From a virus (taxonomy: Duplodnaviria; Caudoviricetes), in IMG/VR virus record IMGVR_UViG_3300032282_004643, positions 1 to 58,541 of that record: DNA of 58,541 nt. One strand, written 5' to 3'. The notes beneath the pieces were generated by a model. The model did no database searches and was not told the DNA's origin. It worked only from the letters and a program-made list of their open reading frames with translations. How positions within the stretch are numbered: the first letter of the stretch is position 1; each line of letters starts with the position of its first letter. Position numbers and translations under genes: made by a program. Positions 1 through 11,076 of the stretch are shown one piece after another.

Positions 1-1589
1 GTCTGTCCGCTGAGTGCAGTGAGAACAAAATCTTCATAACTACCAACGTAATTACGAATGTTGGCGTTCGTATCACGACGGTCCTCACCGTTCAATGACT
101 CGTGCGTACCATCTTCATTTTCCCGCCAGAACGAGACATCAACCTTAACATCCCCGTTTTTCTTACGAGTTCCAGTTCTACGAATGTAGAATATTTCTTG
201 GTTAATTTCAAATTTTAATTGACAAGTAAACTCATCTTTACGGTTATTCATAATGTGATCACCACGGAATGCTCGCGGCGTCTTATCGTACAAAGTAAAG
301 ATGAGCGCATCCATTGCTGAACTCTTTCCACTTGCGTTCTGTGCAAAGATTCCGTAAATACCCTTCATCTTCCCAAAATTAATAATATTATCCTCGCCAT
401 ATGAAAACATATTTGAGAATTTAAGTTGAAGGGGTCGCCAGTTAACATTACGAGAATGGTCATCGTGGTTAATTTGCGCATTCAGATTCTTATTAACATC
501 AAGAATCTTTGTCATTAGTGGACGGTCAATTGTATTATCATACTGCCGTTCCAACCAATCTTGAATGAGTTGATTCTGTATATTCAAGTTGTTTACGTCA
601 ACAATATCTGACCCACTCTTAATCTTATCACGAGTGTTATTATCATGTCGAGACTTGTTGATACTCAATTCAATAATATTATATTGTTTACGTAGTGTCG
701 CTACCGCTTTCTTAACACCAGAGTTATCAAGAGTTCCTGTAAACAGTCGCATACGAACATTCTTTGGAACGTCCGTAGGAAACGGTAGTTTTCCATTCTT
801 AACTTCCAACGTGTAGTATCCATAATTGTTTTGTAGTGGTTTAAATTCATGCGTACACGCGTTCACATCCCACATACACCAACCGTGATTGTCTAATGTT
901 TCACCGTGGTTTTGTTGAATCAACGACGATGCGTAAACTATAATCGGTTTCTTTGCGTGTACATCTCGTTCTTGTAATACTTGATATTTGTGGATATCAC
1001 CCAACAAGACCATATCAAATCCATTGAACAAAGATGTTTCAACGTGGCGATTGGTAATGATATATCGTGCATCAGTCTGTGCGCCGTGTACAGGACCATG
1101 ATACAAAGCAATCTTACGACGACTTTCGCAATCTTTTACAGAAGGCCACTTTTCCTTATCATCCAAAATGGAAAATACGGCAAAGTCCGTATCACCCACT
1201 CTGTATATACCTGAATGTTTGAGGTAGAATAGTTGATCATGATTAATACTTTCAATCAATGGAGTTAAACTATCCAAACGATTCATATTGGACAGATTGA
1301 GATCATGATTACCTGCGATGACTAACGTAGGAGCAATATTAGCTAACTTCTTTAAAAACTCCGTTGCCAACATCACCATCTCTGGACTCATATCCGTTTT
1401 TGCGTGGAGAATATCACCAGCTACAACAATGACCGAATCCGTTAAATCTTCGTTACGTAACTGGTCATACAATGTCTCAAAACATTCTCTGTACTCATCA
1501 TGTCGTTTGAATAATCGAATATGAATATCAGCCAGATGTACGATTTTCTTTAACTTATCAATTCCAGCAAATACAGGTGTATATGTCAT
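1..1589 (-). CDS. Fused Mre11/SbcD metallophosphoesterase + Rad50/SbcC ATPase (runs off left edge)
   Basis: Not in ORF track. Manual translation from ATG 1589: HLADIH, GDI, GNHD, HG and GDIH phosphoesterase motifs, then in the same frame LKFSNMFSYGE...AQNASGKSS (Walker A of SMC/Rad50). Confidence 0.88.
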   Translation of the reverse strand, partial: MTYTPVFAGIDKLKKIVHLADIHIRLFKRHDEYRECFETLYDQLRNEDLTDSVIVVAGDILHAKTDMSPEMVMLATEFLKKLANIAPTLVIAGNHDLNLSNMNRLDSLTPLIESINHDQLFYLKHSGIYRVGDTDFAVFSILDDKEKWPSVKDCESRRKIALYHGPVHGAQTDARYIITNRHVETSLFNGFDMVLLGDIHKYQVLQERDVHAKKPIIVYASSLIQQNHGETLDNHGWCMWDVNACTHEFKPLQNNYGYYTLEVKNGKLPFPTDVPKNVRMRLFTGTLDNSGVKKAVATLRKQYNIIELSINKSRHDNNTRDKIKSGSDIVDVNNLNIQNQLIQDWLERQYDNTIDRPLMTKILDVNKNLNAQINHDDHSRNVNWRPLQLKFSNMFSYGEDNIINFGKMKGIYGIFAQNASGKSSAMDALIFTLYDKTPRAFRGDHIMNNRKDEFTCQLKFEINQEIFYIRRTGTRKKNGDVKVDVSFWRENEDGTHESLNGEDRRDTNANIRNYVGSYEDFVLTALSGQ

Positions 1590-2497
1590 TTATTCTGTAA
1601 CCTATTGTGTATGAAGTCCTTAAATGTTGTTGCCTTTGAGTTGTTTATAAACTCCCAGGTCTTTTGAAATCCAAGGTCGGCGGCGTCGCCACCACTCACC
1701 GATACTTGTGATACATTAATACCATACGATGTTAATTTTCGTTCAAGATTCAATGCTTCCGTCTTTGCATCATCATCCAAAAGAATATATACTTGTTTGA
1801 CTTGATTTTCAAGTAGTGATACTTCTAATTTTTTTGGAAGAAATTTTCCTAGCATTGGAATTGCATTACGACGAACAGATATTGCGTCAAACACACCTTC
1901 AACCAACACGATTGGTTCGTTCCAATTAATCTGTTCTTCAAATACTACTACATTCTTTGATACAGGTGGATTCTTATATTTCATTCCAGCATCGTGATAT
2001 GCCCGCGCTACAAAATAATTTAGTTTACCATCATTTGCGTATGATGGAACAACAATACGTCCACCGTACGTTCCAGATTCACAATACCCCATGCGATAAC
2101 GAATGATATCATATCCAGAAATACCACGTTTTTTTAAATAATTAATAGCATGTTTGTATTCAAATGTATTAACTGGTTTCCATAGTGGTAGAAACTCTTT
2201 TGGGAGATATAAGTCAGAAACTTCCGTTATATCTTCTTTGTAAGTTTTAATGTCATCATCAGAAAGACACTTACGAAGTTCTTTAATCTGTACGGGTGAT
2301 ACATCTAATTTTTTAAACAGTCCTATTAGATTTCCACCCTTTGCGCCACACACCCAGCATTTCCACTTGTTCTTTATAACATTCACCGCAAATTTCTTAT
2401 TGTGATGATGGCAAAACGGGCAAGAGAAGTAGTGTTCTCCTTTGCCCATATTGTCATAATTACCGAGTATTTGTGATAAGAGAGAGATTAGATTCAT
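1586..2497 (-). CDS. DNA primase (Zn-finger + TOPRIM)
   Basis: CPFCHH...CWVCG zinc finger; VEGVFDA and LDDDA TOPRIM motifs. Confidence 0.9.
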   Translation of the reverse strand: MNLISLLSQILGNYDNMGKGEHYFSCPFCHHHNKKFAVNVIKNKWKCWVCGAKGGNLIGLFKKLDVSPVQIKELRKCLSDDDIKTYKEDITEVSDLYLPKEFLPLWKPVNTFEYKHAINYLKKRGISGYDIIRYRMGYCESGTYGGRIVVPSYANDGKLNYFVARAYHDAGMKYKNPPVSKNVVVFEEQINWNEPIVLVEGVFDAISVRRNAIPMLGKFLPKKLEVSLLENQVKQVYILLDDDAKTEALNLERKLTSYGINVSQVSVSGGDAADLGFQKTWEFINNSKATTFKDFIHNRLQNK

Positions 2498-2545
2498 ATG
2501 TTAGAAATCTAACCTCTCTCCTTCAAAAAAACAAGTGTTGATTTA

Positions 2546-2890
2546 TTATTGTTTATTTTTAGTTAGTTCGAAAAAATGCTCTGCTTCTACAATAGCATAT
2601 GTTTTTGTGTTATTTCTTTTGAAGAATACAACGGGATGGGTATTATCTTTGGTATTCTTTTCTGCTTGTTCCAATGCGGACCAAATATTAACCTTTTCTT
2701 GGTTCTTACATTCTGGTGAATACGGAAACACTTTCCGAGCAGCGGGAGACAATTTAATGTCTGCACCGGAATCACCCATCAACGTAGATACTACGTCATC
2801 GGGTTCTAACTGTGGAAAGTGTTCTAGTATTAGGTCACGAATTGCGTTCTGCAATCGCTTCCCTTTATTTTTTGCGCTACGAGCCTTCAT
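2546..2890 (-). CDS. PD-(D/E)XK nuclease, putative Holliday junction resolvase
   Basis: SAKNKGKRLQ...GADI...ECKNQE motif order. Confidence 0.7.
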   Translation of the reverse strand: MKARSAKNKGKRLQNAIRDLILEHFPQLEPDDVVSTLMGDSGADIKLSPAARKVFPYSPECKNQEKVNIWSALEQAEKNTKDNTHPVVFFKRNNTKTYAIVEAEHFFELTKNKQ

Positions 2891-2909
2891 ATAACCTCTT
2901 TATAATTTA

Positions 2910-3362
2910 TTATGCTGGTGTGTATCCCAATACTACTCCAGCCTTTGTTGAGTTTTGTGTTAAATATTTTTTATTATCGTCTGTTGCGAGATAACGATGT
3001 ACTAATTTTGAATTATAGTTCACACGTAATCCATCTGCGGTGTAACGATAATATGAATCGAATGCTGTATTTGGATTACTTCCAGGTGCACCTGTTGTTG
3101 TTCCTGTGAAGTCCGAATCTTGTGCCGTTGTGGATTTTTGGAATCCCGCCACACTTAAACTTGGTTTGTCAACGTTAAATCCAGTTTGATATGTGTTTGG
3201 AATAAAATCCACAGCGTTTGTTTGTCTAATTTCTTTCGTAACATCCGATTGTTTACGCACACTAAAATTCTTTGGATTTGCCGTATTTGGCGAATGTGCA
3301 GAAATAGTATTTAGTCTATTGTATACTTGTGAGTTTTGTAATAAATCAACTAACTTTGACAT
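2910..3362 (-). CDS. Hypothetical (probably virion) protein
   Basis: ORF at end of structural operon; start moved to ATG after GGAG. Confidence 0.55.
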   Translation of the reverse strand: MSKLVDLLQNSQVYNRLNTISAHSPNTANPKNFSVRKQSDVTKEIRQTNAVDFIPNTYQTGFNVDKPSLSVAGFQKSTTAQDSDFTGTTTGAPGSNPNTAFDSYYRYTADGLRVNYNSKLVHRYLATDDNKKYLTQNSTKAGVVLGYTPA

Positions 3363-3375
3363 GGGAATCTCCACA

Positions 3376-4311
3376 TTAGGTATCAAACTTTACTATGAAA
3401 GTTTGGTCTACATTTTTTGCTCGTGGTACTGGATTTGCCAACTTAGCAATTGCAAGTAGCTCGTAATTGTTATTATATAACCCAATTGTTGTAACATAAG
3501 GAGTCAATGTACCGGAATCAAATAGTCCAGTTATTGGTTCACCCGAAATTGCTTTTGTGGATGAAGAAATATTTGGAACAAAGTTACTATATGTAACCGT
3601 AGTTGACCCAGACACATAAGAACCAGTTACAGTTTTATAATATCCAACGGTATGATTAAATACCGATGTATTAAATTCAGACGGTCTTAGTTTACATACG
3701 ACAGTATGTTCCGTTAGTTGAAACGAAGATGAAAAATTTACATCTACCGATTTAAATCTTTCTAATCGTAATCCACTAGTTGTTATGGATTGTGTTGGTG
3801 CCGAAGTATTATTTTGTACTACGGCAATTCCATGTTTATAGAATATATTACCAACAACACTTCCAGTATTATTCACATACAATCTACCGTAACCATCATC
3901 TAGTATTGGAGATGAACCAGACACTCGTATACTAAACGTACCTGCTCCGATTCCCTCACCAACTGCATCGTTTACAATATTAAATACGTATAGCGATGCA
4001 GTTGGTGTGTACTTATTTACCGCGATAGACTCTGTACCATATTCAACAATAGACTGTGATGAATAAAATGCACGATTTATTAAACTAAACAATGGATACG
4101 AATACACACCACTTGCAGAATTATATGTTCCCAAATCAACGTCACTAGTATTTTGATACTTCCAATCACTAGATGGTTGCTCTGCAAAGTCAATAGTTAC
4201 CAGTTCTGTGTTTACCGGCGACCCAGAAACTATTGTAAAACTTTGAGATATGTATGCCGTATAATTGTTTCTTGTATACCCATCAGTATTGAGAGGTTTG
4301 AGAGCTCTCAT
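3376..4311 (-). CDS. Virion structural protein (tail/baseplate associated)
   Basis: C-terminal PYVTTIGLYNNNYELLAIAKLANP motif, paralogous to next gene. Confidence 0.65.
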   Translation of the reverse strand: MRALKPLNTDGYTRNNYTAYISQSFTIVSGSPVNTELVTIDFAEQPSSDWKYQNTSDVDLGTYNSASGVYSYPLFSLINRAFYSSQSIVEYGTESIAVNKYTPTASLYVFNIVNDAVGEGIGAGTFSIRVSGSSPILDDGYGRLYVNNTGSVVGNIFYKHGIAVVQNNTSAPTQSITTSGLRLERFKSVDVNFSSSFQLTEHTVVCKLRPSEFNTSVFNHTVGYYKTVTGSYVSGSTTVTYSNFVPNISSSTKAISGEPITGLFDSGTLTPYVTTIGLYNNNYELLAIAKLANPVPRAKNVDQTFIVKFDT

Positions 4312-4329
4312 AGAACCTCCCTTAGTTCA

Positions 4330-5448
4330 TTAGAAATCAAGTCTGACGCGGATAAGTGCTTCCTTATCAAAACTCTTTTCTAATGGACGACTCAATTTTG
4401 CCACAGCGACCAATTCGTTATTATTGTTATATAAACCAATGGTTGTTGCGTATACACGTGGATCTTGTACGAAATCTTCGTTCAAGATTTGACCATTAGT
4501 ATTGTTATAGAATGTTGGATTATTTGAGTAATTAAAATCCTTGTTACGTAAACGTACGAAGAAATGTGTTGATGCAATTGTTTCTGCCGAACGTGCTTGG
4601 AAATCACCACCCAACTTAATAGAACGAACTAAACCATCATGATTACGTTGTTCCTTTGGAGTAGTAGCTACCAATGAACCCGTGTATGGTGCAAATGGTA
4701 TAACAATATTTGTAGTGTCGTAGGAGTAATCTTCCTTTGTACCACATCCAAATCCTGCCGATGCGGATGAGAACCCAACTGTTGGGATAATTGCATCTGG
4801 ATTTAATACGATAATACCCAAGTCTGGATATACCAGTCCAAATCCCTTACCTGCCGACGATGCACTTGTTACTACTGTACTACCACTTACTCCTGTCAAT
4901 GAACCTGAACATACGTTGAAGATTCGACCGGACTTACTGGTTTTTGACTTAGCGCTCAATGTTTGACCACTATCGTCAATAAATGTAAATTTACCAAGTG
5001 ATCCAGAAAGTGTCAATAACCAGTTACCTGGATCTAATTGTTCACGTAATCTTGCACGTTGAATATTAATTACATAGATATGGTTCGCGTTTGTACTACC
5101 AAAGGTAAACAAGTCATCGGATGGATCTAATAAAATATTCTTATATTGTAAGTATGTTGTCTTTGTAGCAAGTACAGACAAATCATCTTGTGCTAATGTT
5201 GGAGAACCACCACCAGAAATATGACCATACGCTACCGCAAATTGAACTTCTGCGGTAGTGTCCGTTGCGGGATTCTTGTCATAACAATCAAAGTAGTATT
5301 CACCACTTGCAGAAATCTGCGTAGTTGATGTATAAAGAGTCGTTAAACTACCGGTGTCACCAGACCATAAACCGGTAGTTACCGTGGTTTGACTACCACG
5401 AACGATATCTTCATCTGTGTTAAACGGGACGAAAGTTCTAATTGGCAT
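4330..5448 (-). CDS. Virion structural protein (tail/baseplate associated)
   Basis: C-terminal YATTIGLYNNNNELVAVAKLSRP motif; SGS-rich beta structure. Confidence 0.65.
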   Translation of the reverse strand: MPIRTFVPFNTDEDIVRGSQTTVTTGLWSGDTGSLTTLYTSTTQISASGEYYFDCYDKNPATDTTAEVQFAVAYGHISGGGSPTLAQDDLSVLATKTTYLQYKNILLDPSDDLFTFGSTNANHIYVINIQRARLREQLDPGNWLLTLSGSLGKFTFIDDSGQTLSAKSKTSKSGRIFNVCSGSLTGVSGSTVVTSASSAGKGFGLVYPDLGIIVLNPDAIIPTVGFSSASAGFGCGTKEDYSYDTTNIVIPFAPYTGSLVATTPKEQRNHDGLVRSIKLGGDFQARSAETIASTHFFVRLRNKDFNYSNNPTFYNNTNGQILNEDFVQDPRVYATTIGLYNNNNELVAVAKLSRPLEKSFDKEALIRVRLDF

Positions 5449-5462
5449 ATATTAAACCCCTA

Positions 5463-6092
5463 TTATACTGTTGGCTTTGCAGACACGGTAACTGTAACCG
5501 TCTTTGTTGCACCAGTAAGATTATTGATAATTGTTAACTGAGTTGTGCGGTCAACAGTTAATTCTTTTGCAGCCAAATTAAAACTAAATCCTTGTACCAC
5601 CACAGCGTTTGCCGATGTTGGTTGGTTAACTGCGAAGAATGGTACCGTGGTTCCTGCTGCCAATGGTTGATTTGTAGTTAGTGTTGCTACATTACCATCG
5701 TATAAAATTGCAGTATAACCAGCGGTTGCCAATTCTGCTGTTGTTGTTGGGCTGACCACAACGGAATCGTTGTAGTTGAGTGAGTATGCCGCGACACCCA
5801 AAGAAATTGTTGGAATTTCTTTTGTTCCTTGGTCGAGAGATACTAGTTTATATCTCATAGCTTGTGTTTCATCCGTGGATGCTTCAAGTACTGGCATACT
5901 TTCAATAAGTGAACCGTAGTATGATGAACCCAATGGATGTGATGTCGTGTAAAGTGTGTAGTCTACTTCATCATCGGCAACAGCAAACTGCGTAATTTCC
6001 GCAGCTGCCTGCTGTCCCTTTGATAGAATTTCTCTACCTTTCTTTGTTAACACCGCATCAACTGTAATCGTTGACTTGTTTAGATATCCCAT
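5463..6092 (-). CDS. Virion structural protein
   Basis: MGYLNKSTITVDAVLTKKGRE...ITQFAVADDEVDY N-terminus typical of jumbo-phage baseplate-associated proteins; late motif upstream. Confidence 0.65.
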   Translation of the reverse strand: MGYLNKSTITVDAVLTKKGREILSKGQQAAAEITQFAVADDEVDYTLYTTSHPLGSSYYGSLIESMPVLEASTDETQAMRYKLVSLDQGTKEIPTISLGVAAYSLNYNDSVVVSPTTTAELATAGYTAILYDGNVATLTTNQPLAAGTTVPFFAVNQPTSANAVVVQGFSFNLAAKELTVDRTTQLTIINNLTGATKTVTVTVSAKPTV

Positions 6093-6124
6093 AGTAAGTA
6101 CCTCTCCCGACGTAAATTGTCTAA

Positions 6125-6132
6125 TATAAATA
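6125..6132 (-). promoter_or_regulatory. Putative late promoter TATTTATA
   Basis: Intergenic octamer recurring upstream of many minus-strand genes. Confidence 0.6.
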
Positions 6133-6147
6133 TGTTATAGTTTGGTT

Positions 6148-9100
6148 TTAGTTCACATTTAGGTTAATTCCACCCAAACTTTCTTCTTGCTGTAATACGT
6201 TTGGCGATACCGTCAAAGTAGTTCCAGCAGTAAATGTTACTTCGACCGGAGATCGCCCGTCCGTTGTTGTATTCTGGGTCTGTAAGCACCCTATGTAGTT
6301 TCTACGTTTTGTTGCCAGTAGATTGTCACGATAGAATCTATAATGTCTTGGTAGATATCCCACCGGTAATTGAATAGGTGCTTCGATGGCAAAATAGTTG
6401 AAAGTAACTATAAATCCATTATTATATGTATTTCCAGCTACCTCATCAATTGTATAATAGATAACAGGACTAGATGTACTTCCTTCATCATTATTGATAA
6501 TAGTAACGGGTGGATATAATCCTACGTTTTTATTTACAGAATCATTTTCTAATTTAATATCCAACAACACACCGTGATTATCCAGTGGTTCTATACCAAA
6601 TACACGATTTAAGTCAGCGTCACGAGCATTTGCAGAATCATATAATCTTACACGTATTGCGGGAGTTGGAGTTGTAGATACACCAACATTTACAGAAAAT
6701 AACGTGGCCAACGACTGTAATCTGATAAGTCCTGTTGTACGGCTATTAGCTGCTACCGACCCAAGTGTTAACTTTGTACTATATCGTTTTGGTTCTACAA
6801 TTGGACGGCTGATTGATACTCTTGTGGTTGGTAGTTCAAATACCGATTCATTACCACTTGCTTTATTAACATCAAATATTATACGATATGGCGTCTGTAC
6901 TGCCTTTCCTGTATAGAATACAGGTGCCCATCTGTTTTTATCCAGTGCTGGATAATTGTAAGAGACAGATGGAGCATCTTGGGCTATATATCTAAATAGT
7001 TTACCGTTCGATGTTTTTGCCGAACCGCTAGGGGCATCGTATTGGACTACTACATCATTTCTATTATAGGTAGACCCAAACGACCATGTTGCTTGCGTTC
7101 CTGTTAAGAAATTCAATTGATTTTTACCTACTATCTCTTTATATACCGTTTCAAAGTAGTAAATACCATTGGATTTGATATAATAATTTGCAACACTATA
7201 ATCTTCCAAATCAGAACGAGGTGGTATTACATTGATTATATTTGCCTGACTAATGCTATCATTTACACCAATAAGATTACCAATATCAATAATATTACCT
7301 GGTTTATATCCGATTGCTAATTGTTCGGCCTCTCTGAGTGACAACCCCGCATAAGTTCTTAAATATGTAATATAACTTAATTTTTCAATATCGGAGTCGA
7401 ATAATTCAAGTTGAGAAGATACCGATTGCAACTCATTAAGTTTATAACCATCACCATCATAATAGTTAAAATCACCCTTTACTTGACCACCAGGTGTTTC
7501 TATTGTAACACCATCCAACAAACCAGTAAAGATTTCTCCCATTGGCATGGACTGGGTTACATGCAAAGTATTAGCATTATATGTTGAATATAAAGCTGAT
7601 CCAGTTGGTTGTACCGTATTTAATTGCGCATTGAGTGTTAAATTTGCATCACCAGTAGTAACCGTAGATGCGTTTATATCAAAACGTGCACTGTAATCTG
7701 TAAAGTATGCTGTTTGTTTTACCAGCCCACTTGCCGATGGTAATGTAACTTCCGTTGACAACGTAATATCAAAGTCTCGTACGTAGGTTCGTTCAGTTGA
7801 CGCAAACTTTTGATTTCTTCTAGTATTTGCACCACTTAACTTCAATGGTTTTTCTGCTGTCAATTTTTTACGTTCAAGAATATTTGGTTCAATAACTATA
7901 CCAGTTTGTAGTATAGTTTTTGCAGGCACCAATTGACTTGATTGTTCAAATAATGTAGGCGCCAATTTATCAAAGAAACGAACAAATTGTGGTATATTTA
8001 CCGTTGCGTTATAATATTGCTTGTAATAATTTTGTAATGCCTCAATGTCTGCGTATCTTGACTTGTATCTTGGGCCGTAACCAACACGACGCTTTATATC
8101 AACATTACCTAATGCACGAATGAGTAAGTTATTTACTGCGTCCGTTGGTGATACAAAGAATCCTAAATAATTTTTTGTTTGCTGTTGCTGTTTACGAGAT
8201 TTGTTATCAACGATACTTCTATCCTTGTGCAGCATCAATTCTCCACCAGGTGTAACTTCCGTAAATACAGGTGGTGGTGCAATTATAATTTTATTACTAC
8301 CGTACGAATATGCCCCTGCGTTTGTGGTATATTGTCTAACCTTTCTACTTACCCGCGTCATACTATACGGATATACTGATTGGTTCTGGAATCCAACCGC
8401 AATTATATTTACAAGATTTGGTAATAGTGGTAAGGAAGGATCAGAAACACCGTCTTTATTTCTATACGGTGATTCATTTGGAATACTTCCCGATACTAGA
8501 TTTCTTGGTGTGTGGAAAGACAATCGTACCCACAAACTCTCGACAGGTGAGGTATAATTATTTCCAACAAAACTACCAGGATCCAAGACTTGTGCCTTGA
8601 ATATATTGTTGTTTATTTGTTCTCCCCAAACACGAACTTCATCAATATATCCATTAAAATTATTTGTACTTAATGAACCCGAACCACCCAAATAGAAATT
8701 CTTAGTTGCTGGCCATGCGTCCAGCAAATATGATCCAGTAGTACTCATACTCGATGAATACAATATTTGTTCACCATCGGATTGTGCTACTTGAAGATTC
8801 ATACTTGATGAATCGTAACGAAGCATTACATCAAAATAATCTTCTGTGTCGAACATATCCGCATAACTACTAGACAACAATATACCACCAATATTGTTTG
8901 TTACTTCAATACGACCATATGGGGATGATGCCGATGGATGTGTTACTAACGATACTACCCAAGAACCCGATGGTACTGCTGTATCACCGACACCAAGTGT
9001 TGTATTTACTCGTGTTGCGTTATTAAATCTAAATTGTAATGTACCTACTGGTCGTTTTGACGATGACATCGGTAATACAAGGTATGAACCTGTATTGAAG

Positions 9101-11073
9101 TTTAGAGCATTTGTAATTTCATCAAATATTTCAAAACTACCCGTTGTTGTTGTGTCGGTTTCTCTAATACCGACAACTTGTTCATTCAATCCAAATATAT
9201 TTAATAATGCTTTTAATGCATTAGCAGTACCACGAGTTCTATTCAAATACGGAGCATTGTGTAAAAATCTCTTCCACAGCTCAGTTGTTTGTTCTCGTTT
9301 CTTTGTTAAGCTGGTATCTGTGGTAAAACTATACAACGATGCGGCAGCGTTTGGATTTGTCAATGACAACCCAAATGATTTTGCTACATCCCAAACTAAA
9401 TCTTGTGACAGACCTGCCGTTGCAGTAACTTGTCTGTCATAAATTCTTGGTAAATGGTCAACGTATATCTTTACGTTATCAAAGAAGTGCCCAATTAACT
9501 TGGTAAATTTAATAAACTCTTGTGAATTTATGTCATCCAATAGATACGATGGTATTGCATTGGATAATAAATTTGGATTATTTTCATCATATCTTTGTGC
9601 AATAGCAACTTGTTGATCATACCAAGCAATTGCTTCTGCACTTGTTGGCGGGTATAGGTTTCCTTCCGTATCTCTTTTTGGCCATGTGCCATCCACATGA
9701 TATTCCGTTCCATTCAATTGCCAATATACGCTGGCACTGTATGCACTACCAGATTCGTAGAACAGATATCGTTCGTATCCATCAAAACCACGAATAATAT
9801 TTTCTATTTCCAACGCGGACGTTTTTGCTCCTTCTACCAAATATGCTGACGCAGATGGAATTTCATCAGGTGAATAAATGGTAACTATTGAACCTGTGTC
9901 AATTGTTAACGATCCAGAGTCGGTGATGAGAACAGGACTTGCGTATGTTGTATTTGTTGTAATGAATACATTTGTATCAATAATCGTAGCATCATTACCA
10001 AAGATTGAACTGGATGCAAGTCCGGCAATAAATCGTGACGAGTTTTCTAGTTCACGAATTTTTGTTAATTTTTGTTTAAACGCTTGTAATCGTAGTTCAG
10101 CAGAACTGTATGTAATAAAGTTTGCATAATTTGTATAATCTACGTTAAGTTCTGCTGATCTATAATCATCCGTGTACCATTTACGTAATATATTATTTTC
10201 AAATGTATATCCACCGTAATTATCACCAGATCCAGTTAAATTAATACCCGCGGTGGTCAGCGTTTGGTTGGATATTGTATGATTATATATGTTAAGTAAT
10301 TCAGTATCCGTAATAAAGCTTGCGGGACTTGTATTTTTTGGACGTAACCACAACGATGTATCTGGTTGTGGGAGGAGTTCAAACTTAACAGTATCAATTA
10401 TAGAGTTTGCAACTTCTCTACTAAGAAATACATTATTTCCCACATCAAATTGAAAGTCCAGTGGTGACAATAATTTGACTAATAATTTTGTAGCGTCATT
10501 AGGATCTAACTTCCAATTTGTAATAATTCTCTGGGTATCTTCACCAAAGTTTAATAATGTTTTTAGGAAACGATCTCTATCAAAATACTGGCTTACCTTA
10601 CTAGAAACTTCCGTAGTAAGTACTTCCAACAATGCAGAACGTAGTGGTACTTCTACAACATCGTATGCTGCAATATTAATACTCAGTGGTAAAACTTTTT
10701 CCGATGGTAGTGCGTCTTGTTCGGAAATGGTTATTATCAATGGTAATGTTTTAACAGAACCATCCAGTGGTGGAATGGAAACTGTTTGTGTTTGGACAAA
10801 TTGTTCGGTTGTTGTGATATTTGCAGATACAGATGGAAGTGCAATATTTGGTAATCCACGTAATATAACACCCGGTGCTGCAGCGTCTTCTACACCCGTA
10901 AGTTGTCCATTTTTATACAGTGCTATAATATCTGTACGTTTTGGATCAACAAATACAACACCACCAATTGCAGTTTTTACAGCAACAGCATTTGGAAAGT
11001 TTACATTTATATTATTAGCTTCTCGTAATGCAGCTATCTCTGCATCTGTAAGTGGTATTGTATTATTTGTCAT
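6148..11073 (-). CDS. Large baseplate/tail structural protein with LamG/ConA-like segment
   Basis: 1641 aa; RGTANALKALLNIFG baseplate-wedge-like motif; FNGYIDEVRVW LamG-like motif. Confidence 0.65.
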   Translation of the reverse strand: MTNNTIPLTDAEIAALREANNINVNFPNAVAVKTAIGGVVFVDPKRTDIIALYKNGQLTGVEDAAAPGVILRGLPNIALPSVSANITTTEQFVQTQTVSIPPLDGSVKTLPLIITISEQDALPSEKVLPLSINIAAYDVVEVPLRSALLEVLTTEVSSKVSQYFDRDRFLKTLLNFGEDTQRIITNWKLDPNDATKLLVKLLSPLDFQFDVGNNVFLSREVANSIIDTVKFELLPQPDTSLWLRPKNTSPASFITDTELLNIYNHTISNQTLTTAGINLTGSGDNYGGYTFENNILRKWYTDDYRSAELNVDYTNYANFITYSSAELRLQAFKQKLTKIRELENSSRFIAGLASSSIFGNDATIIDTNVFITTNTTYASPVLITDSGSLTIDTGSIVTIYSPDEIPSASAYLVEGAKTSALEIENIIRGFDGYERYLFYESGSAYSASVYWQLNGTEYHVDGTWPKRDTEGNLYPPTSAEAIAWYDQQVAIAQRYDENNPNLLSNAIPSYLLDDINSQEFIKFTKLIGHFFDNVKIYVDHLPRIYDRQVTATAGLSQDLVWDVAKSFGLSLTNPNAAASLYSFTTDTSLTKKREQTTELWKRFLHNAPYLNRTRGTANALKALLNIFGLNEQVVGIRETDTTTTGSFEIFDEITNALNFNTGSYLVLPMSSSKRPVGTLQFRFNNATRVNTTLGVGDTAVPSGSWVVSLVTHPSASSPYGRIEVTNNIGGILLSSSYADMFDTEDYFDVMLRYDSSSMNLQVAQSDGEQILYSSSMSTTGSYLLDAWPATKNFYLGGSGSLSTNNFNGYIDEVRVWGEQINNNIFKAQVLDPGSFVGNNYTSPVESLWVRLSFHTPRNLVSGSIPNESPYRNKDGVSDPSLPLLPNLVNIIAVGFQNQSVYPYSMTRVSRKVRQYTTNAGAYSYGSNKIIIAPPPVFTEVTPGGELMLHKDRSIVDNKSRKQQQQTKNYLGFFVSPTDAVNNLLIRALGNVDIKRRVGYGPRYKSRYADIEALQNYYKQYYNATVNIPQFVRFFDKLAPTLFEQSSQLVPAKTILQTGIVIEPNILERKKLTAEKPLKLSGANTRRNQKFASTERTYVRDFDITLSTEVTLPSASGLVKQTAYFTDYSARFDINASTVTTGDANLTLNAQLNTVQPTGSALYSTYNANTLHVTQSMPMGEIFTGLLDGVTIETPGGQVKGDFNYYDGDGYKLNELQSVSSQLELFDSDIEKLSYITYLRTYAGLSLREAEQLAIGYKPGNIIDIGNLIGVNDSISQANIINVIPPRSDLEDYSVANYYIKSNGIYYFETVYKEIVGKNQLNFLTGTQATWSFGSTYNRNDVVVQYDAPSGSAKTSNGKLFRYIAQDAPSVSYNYPALDKNRWAPVFYTGKAVQTPYRIIFDVNKASGNESVFELPTTRVSISRPIVEPKRYSTKLTLGSVAANSRTTGLIRLQSLATLFSVNVGVSTTPTPAIRVRLYDSANARDADLNRVFGIEPLDNHGVLLDIKLENDSVNKNVGLYPPVTIINNDEGSTSSPVIYYTIDEVAGNTYNNGFIVTFNYFAIEAPIQLPVGYLPRHYRFYRDNLLATKRRNYIGCLQTQNTTTDGRSPVEVTFTAGTTLTVSPNVLQQEESLGGINLNVN

Positions 11074-11076
11074 GTT

